Shown one piece after another: positions 19,956 through 29,661 of a stretch of 64,000 nucleotides of DNA (its first letter is position 1; every line of letters starts with the position of its first letter). The translations under genes and the position numbers were made by a program. The DNA comes from a virus (Duplodnaviria > Caudoviricetes): IMG/VR virus record IMGVR_UViG_2595698964_000001, positions 79,987 to 143,986 of that record; one strand, written 5' to 3'. Below the pieces are notes generated by a model, which made no database searches, was not told the DNA's origin, and saw only the letters and a list, made by a program, of their open reading frames with translations.

Positions 19956-20204
19956 ATGGAGACAATTGAGGAAATCAAAGAAGCTCGAAGAGAACTATTG
20001 AAGGAAGAGACTAAATGCTGGCTAGAAAACTGCGAGCCATGTACGTTAATTTCTGAGGCTATAAAACGCGGAGAGTTAACACCTGGCACTGACTGTTCTA
20101 GATCGAACCCGGTCTGTGATGCTTGTCCTATCCATAAAAAGATGTTGGATTTTGGTGACAAACTCCTAGATTTAACACTAAAAGAACGTTACCTGAGGGG
20201 TTGA
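19956..20204 (+). CDS. Small Cys-rich (zinc-binding) protein
   Basis: CEPC ... C ... CDAC pattern; RBS AAGGTG. Confidence 0.6.
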   Translation: METIEEIKEARRELLKEETKCWLENCEPCTLISEAIKRGELTPGTDCSRSNPVCDACPIHKKMLDFGDKLLDLTLKERYLRG

Positions 20205-20210
20205 TGTGTT

Positions 20211-21215
20211 ATGTTTGTAGACTACGTTGTTGGGTTTCTGGGCGATCCCAGATGGAACCTCGCGGAAACAGAAGCCCAATGGTGTTGTCCCTTCTGTACC
20301 GATACAAGGTATAGATTCCGAATAAACGCGGACACCTTACAAGCTTACTGTTTTAACTGTCAATGGAAAGGGAACGCAGTAAAATTCGTTGCCGACTTTC
20401 AAAAACTTAACTTTCACGAAGCCCTAGACATCGTAAACTTTTATCAAGACTTCCGACCTCTTCCTGAGGATATTTATGAAGAGGTTTTTGATAAATTGTA
20501 TGATGTAGAGTATGAGCCCGAGAAGACGTATATAAGCTTGCCAGAGGACTTTAAGAGGTTGGACGATACTAAGTCCTATATGGCTAAAAGATACTTTAAA
20601 TACGCCTATAAACGTGGTTTAACAGATAAACAAATAGCTACTCATGGAGCGGGTTTTTGTCCGGAGGGTAAGATTGTAACAAAAACAAAGTCGGGGGAAG
20701 AGAAGCAGTCCTTTTTGAGAAACCGATTAATATTACAAGCGTACAACGATGAAGGCGAACCTATTTATTGGAATGCCAGAGCAATCCTTGATAATATAGT
20801 CCCTAAATCGTACAACCCTACGGGAGATATCCGGACAATAAACAAATCTGACGTTATATTTAACTTCAATAACGCCAAGAAAAAGGGAGCTTGCGTGATT
20901 ACAGAGGGGATATTTGATGCTACGACTGTAGGTAGTCTAGGAGTAAGCATATTCGGGAAGACACTCTCAACTAAACAGCTGTTACAATTAGTCCAAGCGG
21001 ACTTGGAAGCTGTTTACATAATGCTTGACCCGGATGCATTAGAAGACGCTATAAAAATGGCTACCATGGTTAGCAAACATATTTCAAATACGTATATCTG
21101 TTATCTAAAAGGCGGAGACCCCAACGAGGTTGGAAGAAAAGGTTGTTTGAGAGCGATCAAAGAAGCAGAGAAGTTTGATAACTACACTGCTATAAAATAT
21201 AAATTTTTACACTAA
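20211..21215 (+). CDS. DNA primase (Zn finger + TOPRIM)
   Basis: CPFC/CFNC, ITEGIFDA, LDPD, DPNE. Confidence 0.9.
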   Translation: MFVDYVVGFLGDPRWNLAETEAQWCCPFCTDTRYRFRINADTLQAYCFNCQWKGNAVKFVADFQKLNFHEALDIVNFYQDFRPLPEDIYEEVFDKLYDVEYEPEKTYISLPEDFKRLDDTKSYMAKRYFKYAYKRGLTDKQIATHGAGFCPEGKIVTKTKSGEEKQSFLRNRLILQAYNDEGEPIYWNARAILDNIVPKSYNPTGDIRTINKSDVIFNFNNAKKKGACVITEGIFDATTVGSLGVSIFGKTLSTKQLLQLVQADLEAVYIMLDPDALEDAIKMATMVSKHISNTYICYLKGGDPNEVGRKGCLRAIKEAEKFDNYTAIKYKFLH

Positions 21216-21228
21216 GGAGATGTTAATT

Positions 21229-21840
21229 ATGGATTCGATTAAAATTGGTCATAACAGCGGAGTTTTTACTACTAGTCCTGCGGGGGTTGTGCTAGCGAGT
21301 GCTGAAGATTTGAGACAACTTCGTAAGGAGATCGACGAGATTAGACAGAGTCTCAAAGAACCTGAGGTGTTTTATTATAGTGAACTAGACGGAGTTGAGC
21401 TAAAGTATAGTAAAGAGGGAGACGCTGGTATTAATATACCTATCTATGACGAGCGGTTTACAAACGGGGAGCTTAGTACTACTGGCGAATATGTGTTACA
21501 ACCGGGGCAAAAATTGACTGTAAAAACTGGTGTTTACCTTGGTGTTCCGCAAGGTTGGTATGCGATGGTTGATACGCGTAGCAGTACGTCTAAAGTAGCT
21601 CTAGACTTGCTTTGTCGTACCGTTGACAGTCCGTATCGGGGTAACATTAGACTAGCGCTTATTAACCTTAACAGTGAACCAGTAGTGTTGAAAAATGGGT
21701 CAGAAATCTGCCAACTTGTCATAAAAAGACACGCGACAGCTAAATTAACGAAGTGTACAACTATTGAAGAAATGACCAAACTTGCTGGCGAGACATCTCG
21801 TGGAGCTGCTGGATTTGGATCAACCGGAGGAGGTTACTAA
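21229..21840 (+). CDS. dut: Trimeric dUTPase
   Basis: GDAG, RSS, VDSPYRG, RGAAGFGSTG motifs. Confidence 0.88.
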   Translation: MDSIKIGHNSGVFTTSPAGVVLASAEDLRQLRKEIDEIRQSLKEPEVFYYSELDGVELKYSKEGDAGINIPIYDERFTNGELSTTGEYVLQPGQKLTVKTGVYLGVPQGWYAMVDTRSSTSKVALDLLCRTVDSPYRGNIRLALINLNSEPVVLKNGSEICQLVIKRHATAKLTKCTTIEEMTKLAGETSRGAAGFGSTGGGY

Positions 21841-21841
21841 G

Positions 21842-22177
21842 ATGAGTAAAACAAACAAGAACACTGAGAAGAAACAACGTAGAATGGAAAGAGAATTTAG
21901 TAAAGTCGCGACGCGAGGAGAGGCTTTTGATATAGCGAAAGAGGTTTCAGCGGGAATCCTAAGAGGTGCATACAGTGAACTAAGTGTTCCGTTGAGACAA
22001 AGTTTATTATCAGTTCTTGCTATTTCCGATGTTTTAATGTCAAAGGGGCTTGTAACGAAAGAAGAGCTTGACGAGGCTATTGCAAAACAAGCTGAACTCG
22101 TCTCGACCCCTGAAACATTAAACGATGCGGGTGATGAAGATGACGGAAGTGAAAAAGAGGAAGAACTCAAGAGCTAA
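21842..22177 (+). CDS. Hypothetical protein
   Basis: RBS GGAGG upstream of ATG 21842; KGLVTKEEL motif. Confidence 0.6.
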   Translation: MSKTNKNTEKKQRRMEREFSKVATRGEAFDIAKEVSAGILRGAYSELSVPLRQSLLSVLAISDVLMSKGLVTKEELDEAIAKQAELVSTPETLNDAGDEDDGSEKEEELKS

Positions 22178-22682
22178 AGGAGCATCATTTGAGCGTAAAA
22201 TTGCGAAAGACCTTACTGCTTGGTGGGGTGACTCATTTACTAAGACGCCGAGCAGTGGAGGACTACGTTGGGGACAAGATCACCGCGTAACAGGAGACAT
22301 TGTACCATCTGAAGACGCAAAAGACTTCCCTTTTGTAGTTGAATGTAAAAAGAGGGAGAACTGGGATTTTGAGCAAATCATAAAAGGTACAGGGGAAGTA
22401 CCTAGCTGGTGGGAACAAGCTTACAACGATAACTTACGACTAGGCGATCATAAAAAGACGCCAATTCTTATCTTTTCGAAAAACCGTTCTCCAGTTTACT
22501 TTATGGTACTTAAGACTGTACAAGAGCTCTTAAAACTGGATTCTGTAGACTACTTTGAAACGACAATTGCCTTCAAAGATTTACAGAACGGTACTGACTT
22601 GGAAAGAAAAGTTTACATTGGTCTCCTTGGAGATTTAATGAAACTTGAAAGGAGTTACGTTGTTTCTGCGTTAAGCTTTTGA
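22134..22682 (+). CDS. Holliday junction resolvase (PD-(D/E)XK)
   Basis: KGASFERKIAK, TPSSGG, GDI, VECKKRE; exact start uncertain (22125/22134/22140). Confidence 0.85.
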   Translation: MKMTEVKKRKNSRAKGASFERKIAKDLTAWWGDSFTKTPSSGGLRWGQDHRVTGDIVPSEDAKDFPFVVECKKRENWDFEQIIKGTGEVPSWWEQAYNDNLRLGDHKKTPILIFSKNRSPVYFMVLKTVQELLKLDSVDYFETTIAFKDLQNGTDLERKVYIGLLGDLMKLERSYVVSALSF

Positions 22683-22694
22683 TTCAACTTATAC

Positions 22695-22737
22695 TTGGGT
22701 TGGGAGATGATCGGTTATCTCCTGACCCTAATTTTTT
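22695..22737 (+). terminator. Intrinsic terminator
   Basis: GGGTTGGGAGAT / ATCTCCTGACCC stem plus T run. Confidence 0.7.
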
Positions 22738-22829
22738 ATACTCTAAAATCTTTAACTCGAATGATTAACATTTTTATTTACTGCGTAAGAAACTAACGTG
22801 CGGTTAAATTTACCGGGAGGTTGTTTATA

Positions 22830-23198
22830 TTGTTGGTTGTTTATGATTCAAAAACGGGAAACGTTGAAAGATTTGTTAAAAAGTTGACTACAACTGCGGT
22901 AAAAGTATCAGATGACCTTGTGGTTAATGAGCCTTTTGTTATAGTGACCTACACTACCGGGTTTGGTAATACACCAGAGAGTACAATTAGATTCTTAGAG
23001 CGTAACAAAACGTTTTTAAGAGGTGTGTCTTCAAGCGGAAACCGTGTTTGGGGAGTAAACTTTGCAAAATCAGCCTTTTATATAGCGAAGTGCTTTGATG
23101 TTCCGATACTAAACCAATTTGAACTCTCGGGAACTACAACTGACGTCGAAGAATTTCTTACAGCATTAGAGAGACTTGAAAGGGGAGATTTACGTTGA
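22830..23198 (+). CDS. nrdI: Class Ib RNR flavodoxin NrdI
   Basis: YDSKTGNVERF, TYTTGFG, SSGNRVWG, FELSG. Confidence 0.95.
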   Translation: MLVVYDSKTGNVERFVKKLTTTAVKVSDDLVVNEPFVIVTYTTGFGNTPESTIRFLERNKTFLRGVSSSGNRVWGVNFAKSAFYIAKCFDVPILNQFELSGTTTDVEEFLTALERLERGDLR

Positions 23199-25297
23199 CT
23201 GAAAATAACGTACCGTCTTGGGTAAGACTTAACAACGAAGTAATGCTAAGGAAAAATGGAGTACTTCAATTTGAGAAAGATGAAGAAGCGGTAAGAAGCT
23301 ACTTTGTTGACCATATAAATAAAAATACTGTATTCTTTCACGACCTTGCAGAAAAACTAGAGTATCTGCTGGAAAACGACTACTATGAAGAAGAGGTGCT
23401 GAGTCAATACTCAGAGGAAGAACTTGAACGTGTCTATAAGGCAGCGTATGACAAAGAGTTCCGTTTCCCATCTTTTATGAGTGCGTTTAAGTTCTACAAC
23501 GACTATGCGCTTAAAACGAACGACAAAAAACGTATCTTAGAACGGTACGAAGACCGTGTTGTAATTGTAGCGCTTTTCTTTGGAGATGGAGATGTTGAAA
23601 AGGCGTTAGCCTTTGTAGACACTATGATGAATCAAGAGTTTCAACCTGCTACCCCTACGTTTTTAAACGCGGGACGTAAACGTAGAGGAGAGCTTGTAAG
23701 CTGTTTCTTACTAGAGGTGGGGGACTCTCTGAACGACATTGCGATGGCGGTCGAGACTGCTATGCAACTGTCAAAAGTAGGCGGAGGCGTATCATTAAAC
23801 CTTTCGAAAATCCGTTCTCAAGGAGAAGCCATCAAAGAGATCAAGGGAGCTGCTAAAGGCGTTGTAGGGGTTATGAAACTTCTTGATAACGCCTTCCGTT
23901 ATGCAGACCAGATGGGACAACGACAAGGCTCTGGTAGCGCGTATTTAAATATTTTTCACGCCGATATTAATGAGTTCCTCGATACAAAGAAAATATCTGC
24001 TGACGAGGACGTGCGCGCTAAAACTTTGTCTATTGGTGTTGTAATTCCGGACAAGTTTATTGAACTCGCCCGGGAAGGTAAAGATGCGTATATTTTCCAC
24101 CCAAGAACTGTGTATAAAGCGTATGGGGAACACTTAGACGAATTAGACATTAACGAGAAATACGACGAGCTTGTAAACAACGAGTTAGTCGAGAAAAAAC
24201 GAATCAACCCACGTAAGCTACTAGAAAAACTTGCTGTACTTCGTATGGAGTCTGGATACCCGTATATTATGTTCCAAGATAACGTAAATAAAGTACATGC
24301 GTTAAACCCTGTTAGTAAAGTTAAGTTCTCAAACTTATGTTCTGAGGTGTTACAAGCCTCTAAAGTATCTGAGTACACTGACTATGGTAAAGAAGACAAT
24401 ATTGGTCTCGATATTTCTTGTAACCTTGGATCTATTAATATTAAGAACGTTATGTCTAACAACTCTATTGAAAAAACAGTTAAGCTGGCTGTGGAAGCTC
24501 TGACTAAGGTTTCTCGCTCTACGAGCATAACAAACGCTCCGGCAGTAAAACGCGCTAATGAACTTATGAAGTCTATAGGACTAGGCGCTCTTAACCTTCA
24601 TGGGTATCTCGCGCATGTCGGTATTTCTTATGAAAGTAAGGAAGCAATAGACTTTGTAAACGTGTTTTTCTCTTTAGTTAACTATTGGTCATTAGTTAAG
24701 TCAAACGAGATCGCTGAAGAAACAGGAGAAACATTCGAAGGATTTGAGAAATCAACTTACGCTTCTGGAGAATACTTTGGTATGTATCTTACTGAGGACT
24801 TTACGCCTGTTACAGAAAAGGTTAAGGGACTCTTTGTTGACACTTGGATTCCTAGTAGAAAAGACTGGGAGACTCTGAGAGACCGTGTAAAGAAAACTGG
24901 GTTGTTCCACTCCTATAGGTTAGCTATCGCGCCTACCGGGTCTATTTCTTATGTACAGTCCGCGACGGCTTCTGTTATGCCTATTATGGAACGTGTTGAA
25001 GAAAGAACTTATGGAAACAGTAAAACTTACTATCCGATGCCGGGATTGTCTCCTCAAAATTGGTTCTTCTACAAAGAGGCATACGACATGGATATGTTTA
25101 AGGTGGTCGATCTAATTGCTACTATTCAGAGACACGTTGACCAAGGAATTAGTTTTACACTATTCCTAAACGATCAGATGACTACACGGGATATTAACCG
25201 GATTGACCTTTATGCTCATCATAAAGGAATAAAAACCCTTTATTACGCTCGTACAAAAGACACTGGACAAGAAAGTTGTCTCTCTTGTGTAGTATGA
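23195..25297 (+). CDS. nrdE: Class Ib ribonucleotide reductase alpha subunit
   Basis: [34 protein letters not shown]-terminal CLSC; no intron or intein visible. Confidence 0.97.
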   Translation: MTENNVPSWVRLNNEVMLRKNGVLQFEKDEEAVRSYFVDHINKNTVFFHDLAEKLEYLLENDYYEEEVLSQYSEEELERVYKAAYDKEFRFPSFMSAFKFYNDYALKTNDKKRILERYEDRVVIVALFFGDGDVEKALAFVDTMMNQEFQPATPTFLNAGRKRRGELVSCFLLEVGDSLNDIAMAVETAMQLSKVGGGVSLNLSKIRSQGEAIKEIKGAAKGVVGVMKLLDNAFRYADQMGQRQGSGSAYLNIFHADINEFLDTKKISADEDVRAKTLSIGVVIPDKFIELAREGKDAYIFHPRTVYKAYGEHLDELDINEKYDELVNNELVEKKRINPRKLLEKLAVLRMESGYPYIMFQDNVNKVHALNPVSKVKFSNLCSEVLQASKVSEYTDYGKEDNIGLDISCNLGSINIKNVMSNNSIEKTVKLAVEALTKVSRSTSITNAPAVKRANELMKSIGLGALNLHGYLAHVGISYESKEAIDFVNVFFSLVNYWSLVKSNEIAEETGETFEGFEKSTYASGEYFGMYLTEDFTPVTEKVKGLFVDTWIPSRKDWETLRDRVKKTGLFHSYRLAIAPTGSISYVQSATASVMPIMERVEERTYGNSKTYYPMPGLSPQNWFFYKEAYDMDMFKVVDLIATIQRHVDQGISFTLFLNDQMTTRDINRIDLYAHHKGIKTLYYARTKDTGQESCLSCVV

Positions 25298-25407
25298 GTC
25301 CGTTTAAAAGAATGATAGAACGTGTTGAGACTGACAAGGAGGAGTTCTTTAGGGAGCTCCTTAAAACTAACGAACAGAAACGACAAGAGCGCGAGGAGGC
25401 TTTTAAA

Positions 25408-26397
25408 ATGAGTGTTGAAAAAGAATATACAGCAGCTGACTGGTCGGCGCACGAAGATGAGTTTACCCAGATGTTTTATAATCAAAATGTGAAGCAATTC
25501 TGGCTCCCGGAAGAAATCTCTTTAAATGGTGACTTGTTAACTTGGAAATACCTCGGAAAGAATGAACAAGACACATATATGAAGGTACTAGCGGGACTAA
25601 CTCTCCTTGACACAGAACAAGGGAACACGGGGATGCCTATTATCCAATCCCACGTTGAAGGACACCAAAGAAAAGCTGTTCTAAACTTTATGGCAATGAT
25701 GGAAAACGCTGTCCACGCGAAGTCATATTCAAATATCTTTATGACACTCGCCCCTACGGAGACCATCAAAGAGGTGTTCAACTGGGTTAAGACAAACCCA
25801 TACCTACAGAAGAAAGCGAAAACGATTGTAGGGCTCTATGAAAATATTAGGGCTAATGATGAGTTGTCTCTTTATAAAGCCATGGTTGCCTCAGTATACT
25901 TAGAAAGCTTTCTATTTTATAGCGGCTTCTACTACCCGTTGTATTTCTACGGACAAGGCAAACTAATGCAAAGCGGAGAGATTATTAACCTTATTATAAG
26001 AGACGAAGCGATACATGGTGTATATGTAGGATTACTAGCGCAAGAGATTTTTAATAAACAACCAGACGAAATTAAGCATAAGCTTAAGACGTTCGCTATG
26101 AATCTACTTGAAGAACTATACCAAAACGAGGTAGGATATACTGAAGACCTCTATGCAAGCGTTGGGTTAGCGCATGATGTTAAAAAGTTTATTCGATATA
26201 ATGCAGACAAAGCCTTAATGAACTTAGGATTCGAACCGATCTATAACGAAGAGGACATTAATCCGATTGTCCTTAATGGGCTTGACACAAAGACCAAGTC
26301 TCACGATTTCTTCTCTATGAAAGGGAACGGGTACAAGAAAGCGAACGTGGAAGAGCTTCGCGACTCTGATTTCTATTTTGACGCTAATGAGAATTAA
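25408..26397 (+). CDS. nrdF: Class Ib ribonucleotide reductase beta subunit
   Basis: [37 protein letters not shown]; RBS GAGGAGG before ATG 25408 (frame is also open from ATG 25294). Confidence 0.95.
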   Translation: MSVEKEYTAADWSAHEDEFTQMFYNQNVKQFWLPEEISLNGDLLTWKYLGKNEQDTYMKVLAGLTLLDTEQGNTGMPIIQSHVEGHQRKAVLNFMAMMENAVHAKSYSNIFMTLAPTETIKEVFNWVKTNPYLQKKAKTIVGLYENIRANDELSLYKAMVASVYLESFLFYSGFYYPLYFYGQGKLMQSGEIINLIIRDEAIHGVYVGLLAQEIFNKQPDEIKHKLKTFAMNLLEELYQNEVGYTEDLYASVGLAHDVKKFIRYNADKALMNLGFEPIYNEEDINPIVLNGLDTKTKSHDFFSMKGNGYKKANVEELRDSDFYFDANEN

Positions 26398-26470
26398 GAT
26401 AACTTTAAACTAACAGTAATCAAAGTTTAAGCTGTTGTTTATTGAAGTTTAATTGATTGTTAAGCTAAAT

Positions 26471-26507
26471 TTAAGGGACAAGCAAGTAGCTTGTCCCTTA
26501 ATTTTTT
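26471..26507 (+). terminator. Intrinsic terminator
   Basis: TTAAGGGACAAGC-AAGTA-GCTTGTCCCTTAA plus T run. Confidence 0.88.
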
Positions 26508-26527
26508 AAATATTTTTGAAATAGAGG

Positions 26528-26556
26528 TTGTCTTTTTGTCAGCTTTAGCTTATACT
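26528..26556 (+). promoter_or_regulatory. Host sigmaA-type (early) promoter
   Basis: TTGTCT-N17-TATACT with AT-rich upstream region. Confidence 0.75.
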
Positions 26557-26613
26557 AAGAGGTGTCGAAAGAAGCTGGACTCACTTAACTGGTGAACTTT
26601 TTGAAAAAAGTTG

Positions 26614-26642
26614 TTGTATTTTTAAATTATACATAGTATAAT
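26614..26642 (+). promoter_or_regulatory. Second tandem sigmaA-type promoter
   Basis: TTGTAT-N17-TATAAT. Confidence 0.75.
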
Positions 26643-26711
26643 TTAACTTGTAAGGAAAACCACTAGACAACAGTCTAAATCAAATCGAGTTATAAAAGGA
26701 GAGATTTGACA

Positions 26712-27368
26712 ATGAAAACAGTATTTGTACTTAAAGACGAGAAATTGAAATTCCCAAGTATGCTACAAGTAGCGAAACACCTCGGAAAAAGTCGAATTTA
26801 CCGCAAAGACTTCGAACGCTTCAACATCGAGGAGATGACAGAGGAAGAATTTGAGACGTTCCTTGCTACGGAAGACAAGGACGAGCTTTCTGAGACTGTC
26901 AAGGCGGAGGAAGTAGCAGAGGAGATTGTTGAACCTTCTGTAACGGAATCCGTTGTTGAAGTTGAGTCGAAAAACGACGAAACTCCAGAAGTCGCCAACA
27001 AAGATGTTGAAGACATTGAAATCCCGTCTTTTAACGACATAGTTGAATTCTCAGAGGCTATGAAGTCCCTCGGAGGGAAAAAGATAATCGCTCTGGCCAA
27101 AAAACTGGACTTGGAATGGAAAGAGCACGATAAGTTATCTGTTCAAACGATGCGTGCTAGTATCGCATTACGTAAACACTTTTTTCCCGGACAGCGTAGA
27201 CCTAAGAGAAAGAAATCACCTTGGAAAAGAATCCCATATCAAGACCTCAAAAAGCTTGCTTTGGAGAATAATCTTACTTGGACAGAGACAGAAGATGAGC
27301 GTATCAATCGTATGTGGGTTATTAACGCCTTGAAGCGTGCGGGTGTTGAGGCTCCTCCTAAAAAATAA
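26712..27368 (+). CDS. Early protein with acidic linker and two helix-extension-helix-like repeats
   Basis: Repeats LAKKLDLEW...MRASIALRK and LALENNLTW...MWVINALKR. Confidence 0.65.
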   Translation: MKTVFVLKDEKLKFPSMLQVAKHLGKSRIYRKDFERFNIEEMTEEEFETFLATEDKDELSETVKAEEVAEEIVEPSVTESVVEVESKNDETPEVANKDVEDIEIPSFNDIVEFSEAMKSLGGKKIIALAKKLDLEWKEHDKLSVQTMRASIALRKHFFPGQRRPKRKKSPWKRIPYQDLKKLALENNLTWTETEDERINRMWVINALKRAGVEAPPKK

Positions 27369-27378
27369 ACATAAAAGG

Positions 27379-27409
27379 GGAGTAAAGATTGGTAAGTTGG
27401 TCTTTGTTT
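27379..27409 (+). promoter_or_regulatory. Phage middle-type promoter
   Basis: GGAGT-N19-TTTGTTT. Confidence 0.55.
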
Positions 27410-27449
27410 AAAAAGTAAGAGTATATTCTAAAATTGGAGGAATCTTGTT

Positions 27450-27659
27450 ATGGCTTGGAAAAACGAAACAACAATATACTTAATTATGTGGAAGAGTTCA
27501 GTGACGGGTGCGACTCTTTCCGACATCAAGAAGTCTAAGGCGGGGAAAGATAGATTCATAGAAATGCTTGAATTTATAGGTGTTGACATGAATACTGTTA
27601 AAGTTGTAGAACAAGAAAAACCGTATAAGTACGTGCCGAAGAAGGAGAGAGCAAAATGA
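27450..27659 (+). CDS. Hypothetical protein
   Basis: RBS GGAGG; ATGA overlap with the next gene. Confidence 0.65.
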   Translation: MAWKNETTIYLIMWKSSVTGATLSDIKKSKAGKDRFIEMLEFIGVDMNTVKVVEQEKPYKYVPKKERAK

Positions 27660-28042
27660 ATAGACAACAGATGGAGAAAATTATAATGACGCTCTCTCAA
27701 GGTCAAGCAAAGTACGGGTTACACGCGTTAGCTAGCGCTATTGCGGGAGAGTACGGTGTTTCAACTAATGTTATACTCGATATATACAACGAGTATGTAG
27801 GACAACCGAAAGTCGACCAAAGTCGACTTGAGGACGAAAACCCAATGTCACGATTTGCTAAGGCTGTTGTAGAAGAAATCAGAAATAACGAAACCAGAAT
27901 GCTAGCGTTGGAGCAAGAGAATGCTATACTTCGTAGGGAAGTTAATTTTTATCTTGAAGAGACGCGGCGCTTAAGAAAGATGGTGGATGACCGTGACAAT
28001 CTTATCCGAGAACGAATTTTCCGCGAGAGTTCAAGTCTCTGA
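27656..28042 (+). CDS. Hypothetical protein with coiled coil
   Basis: RBS AAGGAG; LEQENAILRREV heptads. Confidence 0.65.
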   Translation: MNRQQMEKIIMTLSQGQAKYGLHALASAIAGEYGVSTNVILDIYNEYVGQPKVDQSRLEDENPMSRFAKAVVEEIRNNETRMLALEQENAILRREVNFYLEETRRLRKMVDDRDNLIRERIFRESSSL

Positions 28043-28223
28043 GGGTTCTCCCTTAGAGCTCGAGCTCACCTATGATACTGGGACGATTGTGTTGATTAAT
28101 GGCGACGGAGAGGAAGTCCCGGCTGTGGAACTACTACGTGCTGTTAAAAGGCTTAATAAGCTTCTAAATAAAAGACAACGAGAGAACAGCCTTGATGAGG
28201 CGTTCTTGATGGAGGATGAGTGA
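27987..28223 (+). CDS. Hypothetical protein
   Basis: Fills the gap in a tightly packed operon; start uncertain. Confidence 0.5.
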   Translation: MTVTILSENEFSARVQVSEGSPLELELTYDTGTIVLINGDGEEVPAVELLRAVKRLNKLLNKRQRENSLDEAFLMEDE

Positions 28224-28225
28224 AA

Positions 28226-28468
28226 ATGGCTAAAGACTACAACAACTTTAAGATTAAAGAGGACTTGTTGTTTATTGAGAAGTCTCCTACGCAAGCTATT
28301 CGTGTAGCTATCGTAGATAGAGATGGTAAGGATTATGTTTCTTGTCAGAAATGGTGGAGACGTTCTTCTGATGAGGAATGGATTCCAGGAAAAGGATTAC
28401 AACTTAACAAGGAGGACACAAAATCGTTTATTGAAGCTCTCAGCGAAGCTGTAGAGAAACTCAACTAA
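28226..28468 (+). CDS. PC4/YdbC-like ssDNA-binding protein
   Basis: IRV....GKDYV....WW.....EWIPGKGLQL matches the PC4 fold pattern. Confidence 0.7.
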   Translation: MAKDYNNFKIKEDLLFIEKSPTQAIRVAIVDRDGKDYVSCQKWWRRSSDEEWIPGKGLQLNKEDTKSFIEALSEAVEKLN

Positions 28469-28501
28469 AACTAAATATTTATAAGATGGGGGTCTATTAA
28501 C

Positions 28502-29140
28502 TTGGAAAAAACTTTAACTTGGGATAGCGTGTTGGAGCAATATCAGAATTTGGTGAAATATGCGGCTAAAAAGACCTATAATGAAGTGGCTGCTAATGTT
28601 GGTGTCGATAACTCTTTGGGAGCGGATGACTTATATCAAGTTGGGTTGGTTAATCTGTATGACTGTTGGGTACGTTATAACCACCTATCTGAAGAAGAGT
28701 TCAAAGCGGTATTCTCAAAGTCTCTCTTCCGTTGTGTTCGGAAACATTGCGCGGCGTCTACAGCGGGTGACATTGAGTCTGTTGAGTATATGCTTGAAGA
28801 TACCTCTCAAAGTAGTGACATTGATGCGTTAGAAGAACAACGGGAGCTCTATGAAGAAATTGAAGAGCTTAAAGACTTGGTTGAAAACGACCTAGCTCGT
28901 GCGATCATTTCTGAGATTGTTGCTCCATCCCCAAGAACTCTATACACGATTTGGGCGAGTAAAGCTAGAAAAAAGTGCTTAAAGGGTCAGGGTTACAAGG
29001 TTAACGTCCCCAAGAAAAACGAACTTACTCTGACTCATATTAAGACCTCATTAGGCGTGACTAGTAAACAATTTGATGTAGCATTAAGAGAGATTAGAAG
29101 AGTAGCAAAATTTACAATGGGAGAGTATTTACCTTGTTAA
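28502..29140 (+). CDS. Phage RNA polymerase sigma factor, SPO1 gp28-like (middle genes)
   Basis: YQNLVKYAA...ADDLYQVGLVNLYDC..RY sigma region 2; position upstream of the hydroxymethylase/TF1/polymerase block as in SPO1. Confidence 0.78.
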   Translation: MEKTLTWDSVLEQYQNLVKYAAKKTYNEVAANVGVDNSLGADDLYQVGLVNLYDCWVRYNHLSEEEFKAVFSKSLFRCVRKHCAASTAGDIESVEYMLEDTSQSSDIDALEEQRELYEEIEELKDLVENDLARAIISEIVAPSPRTLYTIWASKARKKCLKGQGYKVNVPKKNELTLTHIKTSLGVTSKQFDVALREIRRVAKFTMGEYLPC

Positions 29141-29649
29141 ACGTTAATCCCAAACTCTTACAACAGTTAGAAGAATCAGCTTGTTTTGGTCACGCGTATG
29201 AAGAGGGTTGTAAGGAATGTGGTTTGTGCCAACAACGTGTAGAGTGTTCTGCTAAAACGAAAACTAACAGTGTATTTGATGAACTCAAGATTTTAAGCCC
29301 AGAATCCAACGAAGCGCTGTTGGCTTTCCGAACTAAGCGGAACAAACGAAAAAATAAAGAAGACACGTTATCTAGCGAAGAGTCAGTTGAGTTGAGTGTA
29401 GTAGAGCCAAGTAAAGTAGAGTCCGAGAAATCTAAGAAAAAGACTAGAAAAGAATCAAGGAAAGAACGAAGAGCGAGGAAGAAAGCAGAACTTCCTCCCG
29501 ATTTTCCTAATACGAAGGAGATGTCTTGCGACGACCTATGGAAGTTGTTGGAGGAACGCGGAGGAGAATGTAAAGTATTTGAAGACAAAAAGATTCAAAA
29601 AATGCGGCTTATTATGGCTCTTAAAAAGACATATAACATAGGGAAGTAA
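29134..29649 (+). CDS. Basic Cys-cluster protein, SPO1 gp27-like by synteny
   Basis: CFG.....CKECGLC....C; K/R-rich; overlaps the sigma gene; C-terminal HeH-like motif. The gp27 assignment rests on position only. Confidence 0.55.
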   Translation: MLNVNPKLLQQLEESACFGHAYEEGCKECGLCQQRVECSAKTKTNSVFDELKILSPESNEALLAFRTKRNKRKNKEDTLSSEESVELSVVEPSKVESEKSKKKTRKESRKERRARKKAELPPDFPNTKEMSCDDLWKLLEERGGECKVFEDKKIQKMRLIMALKKTYNIGK

Positions 29650-29661
29650 GAAGGGAGAAGT

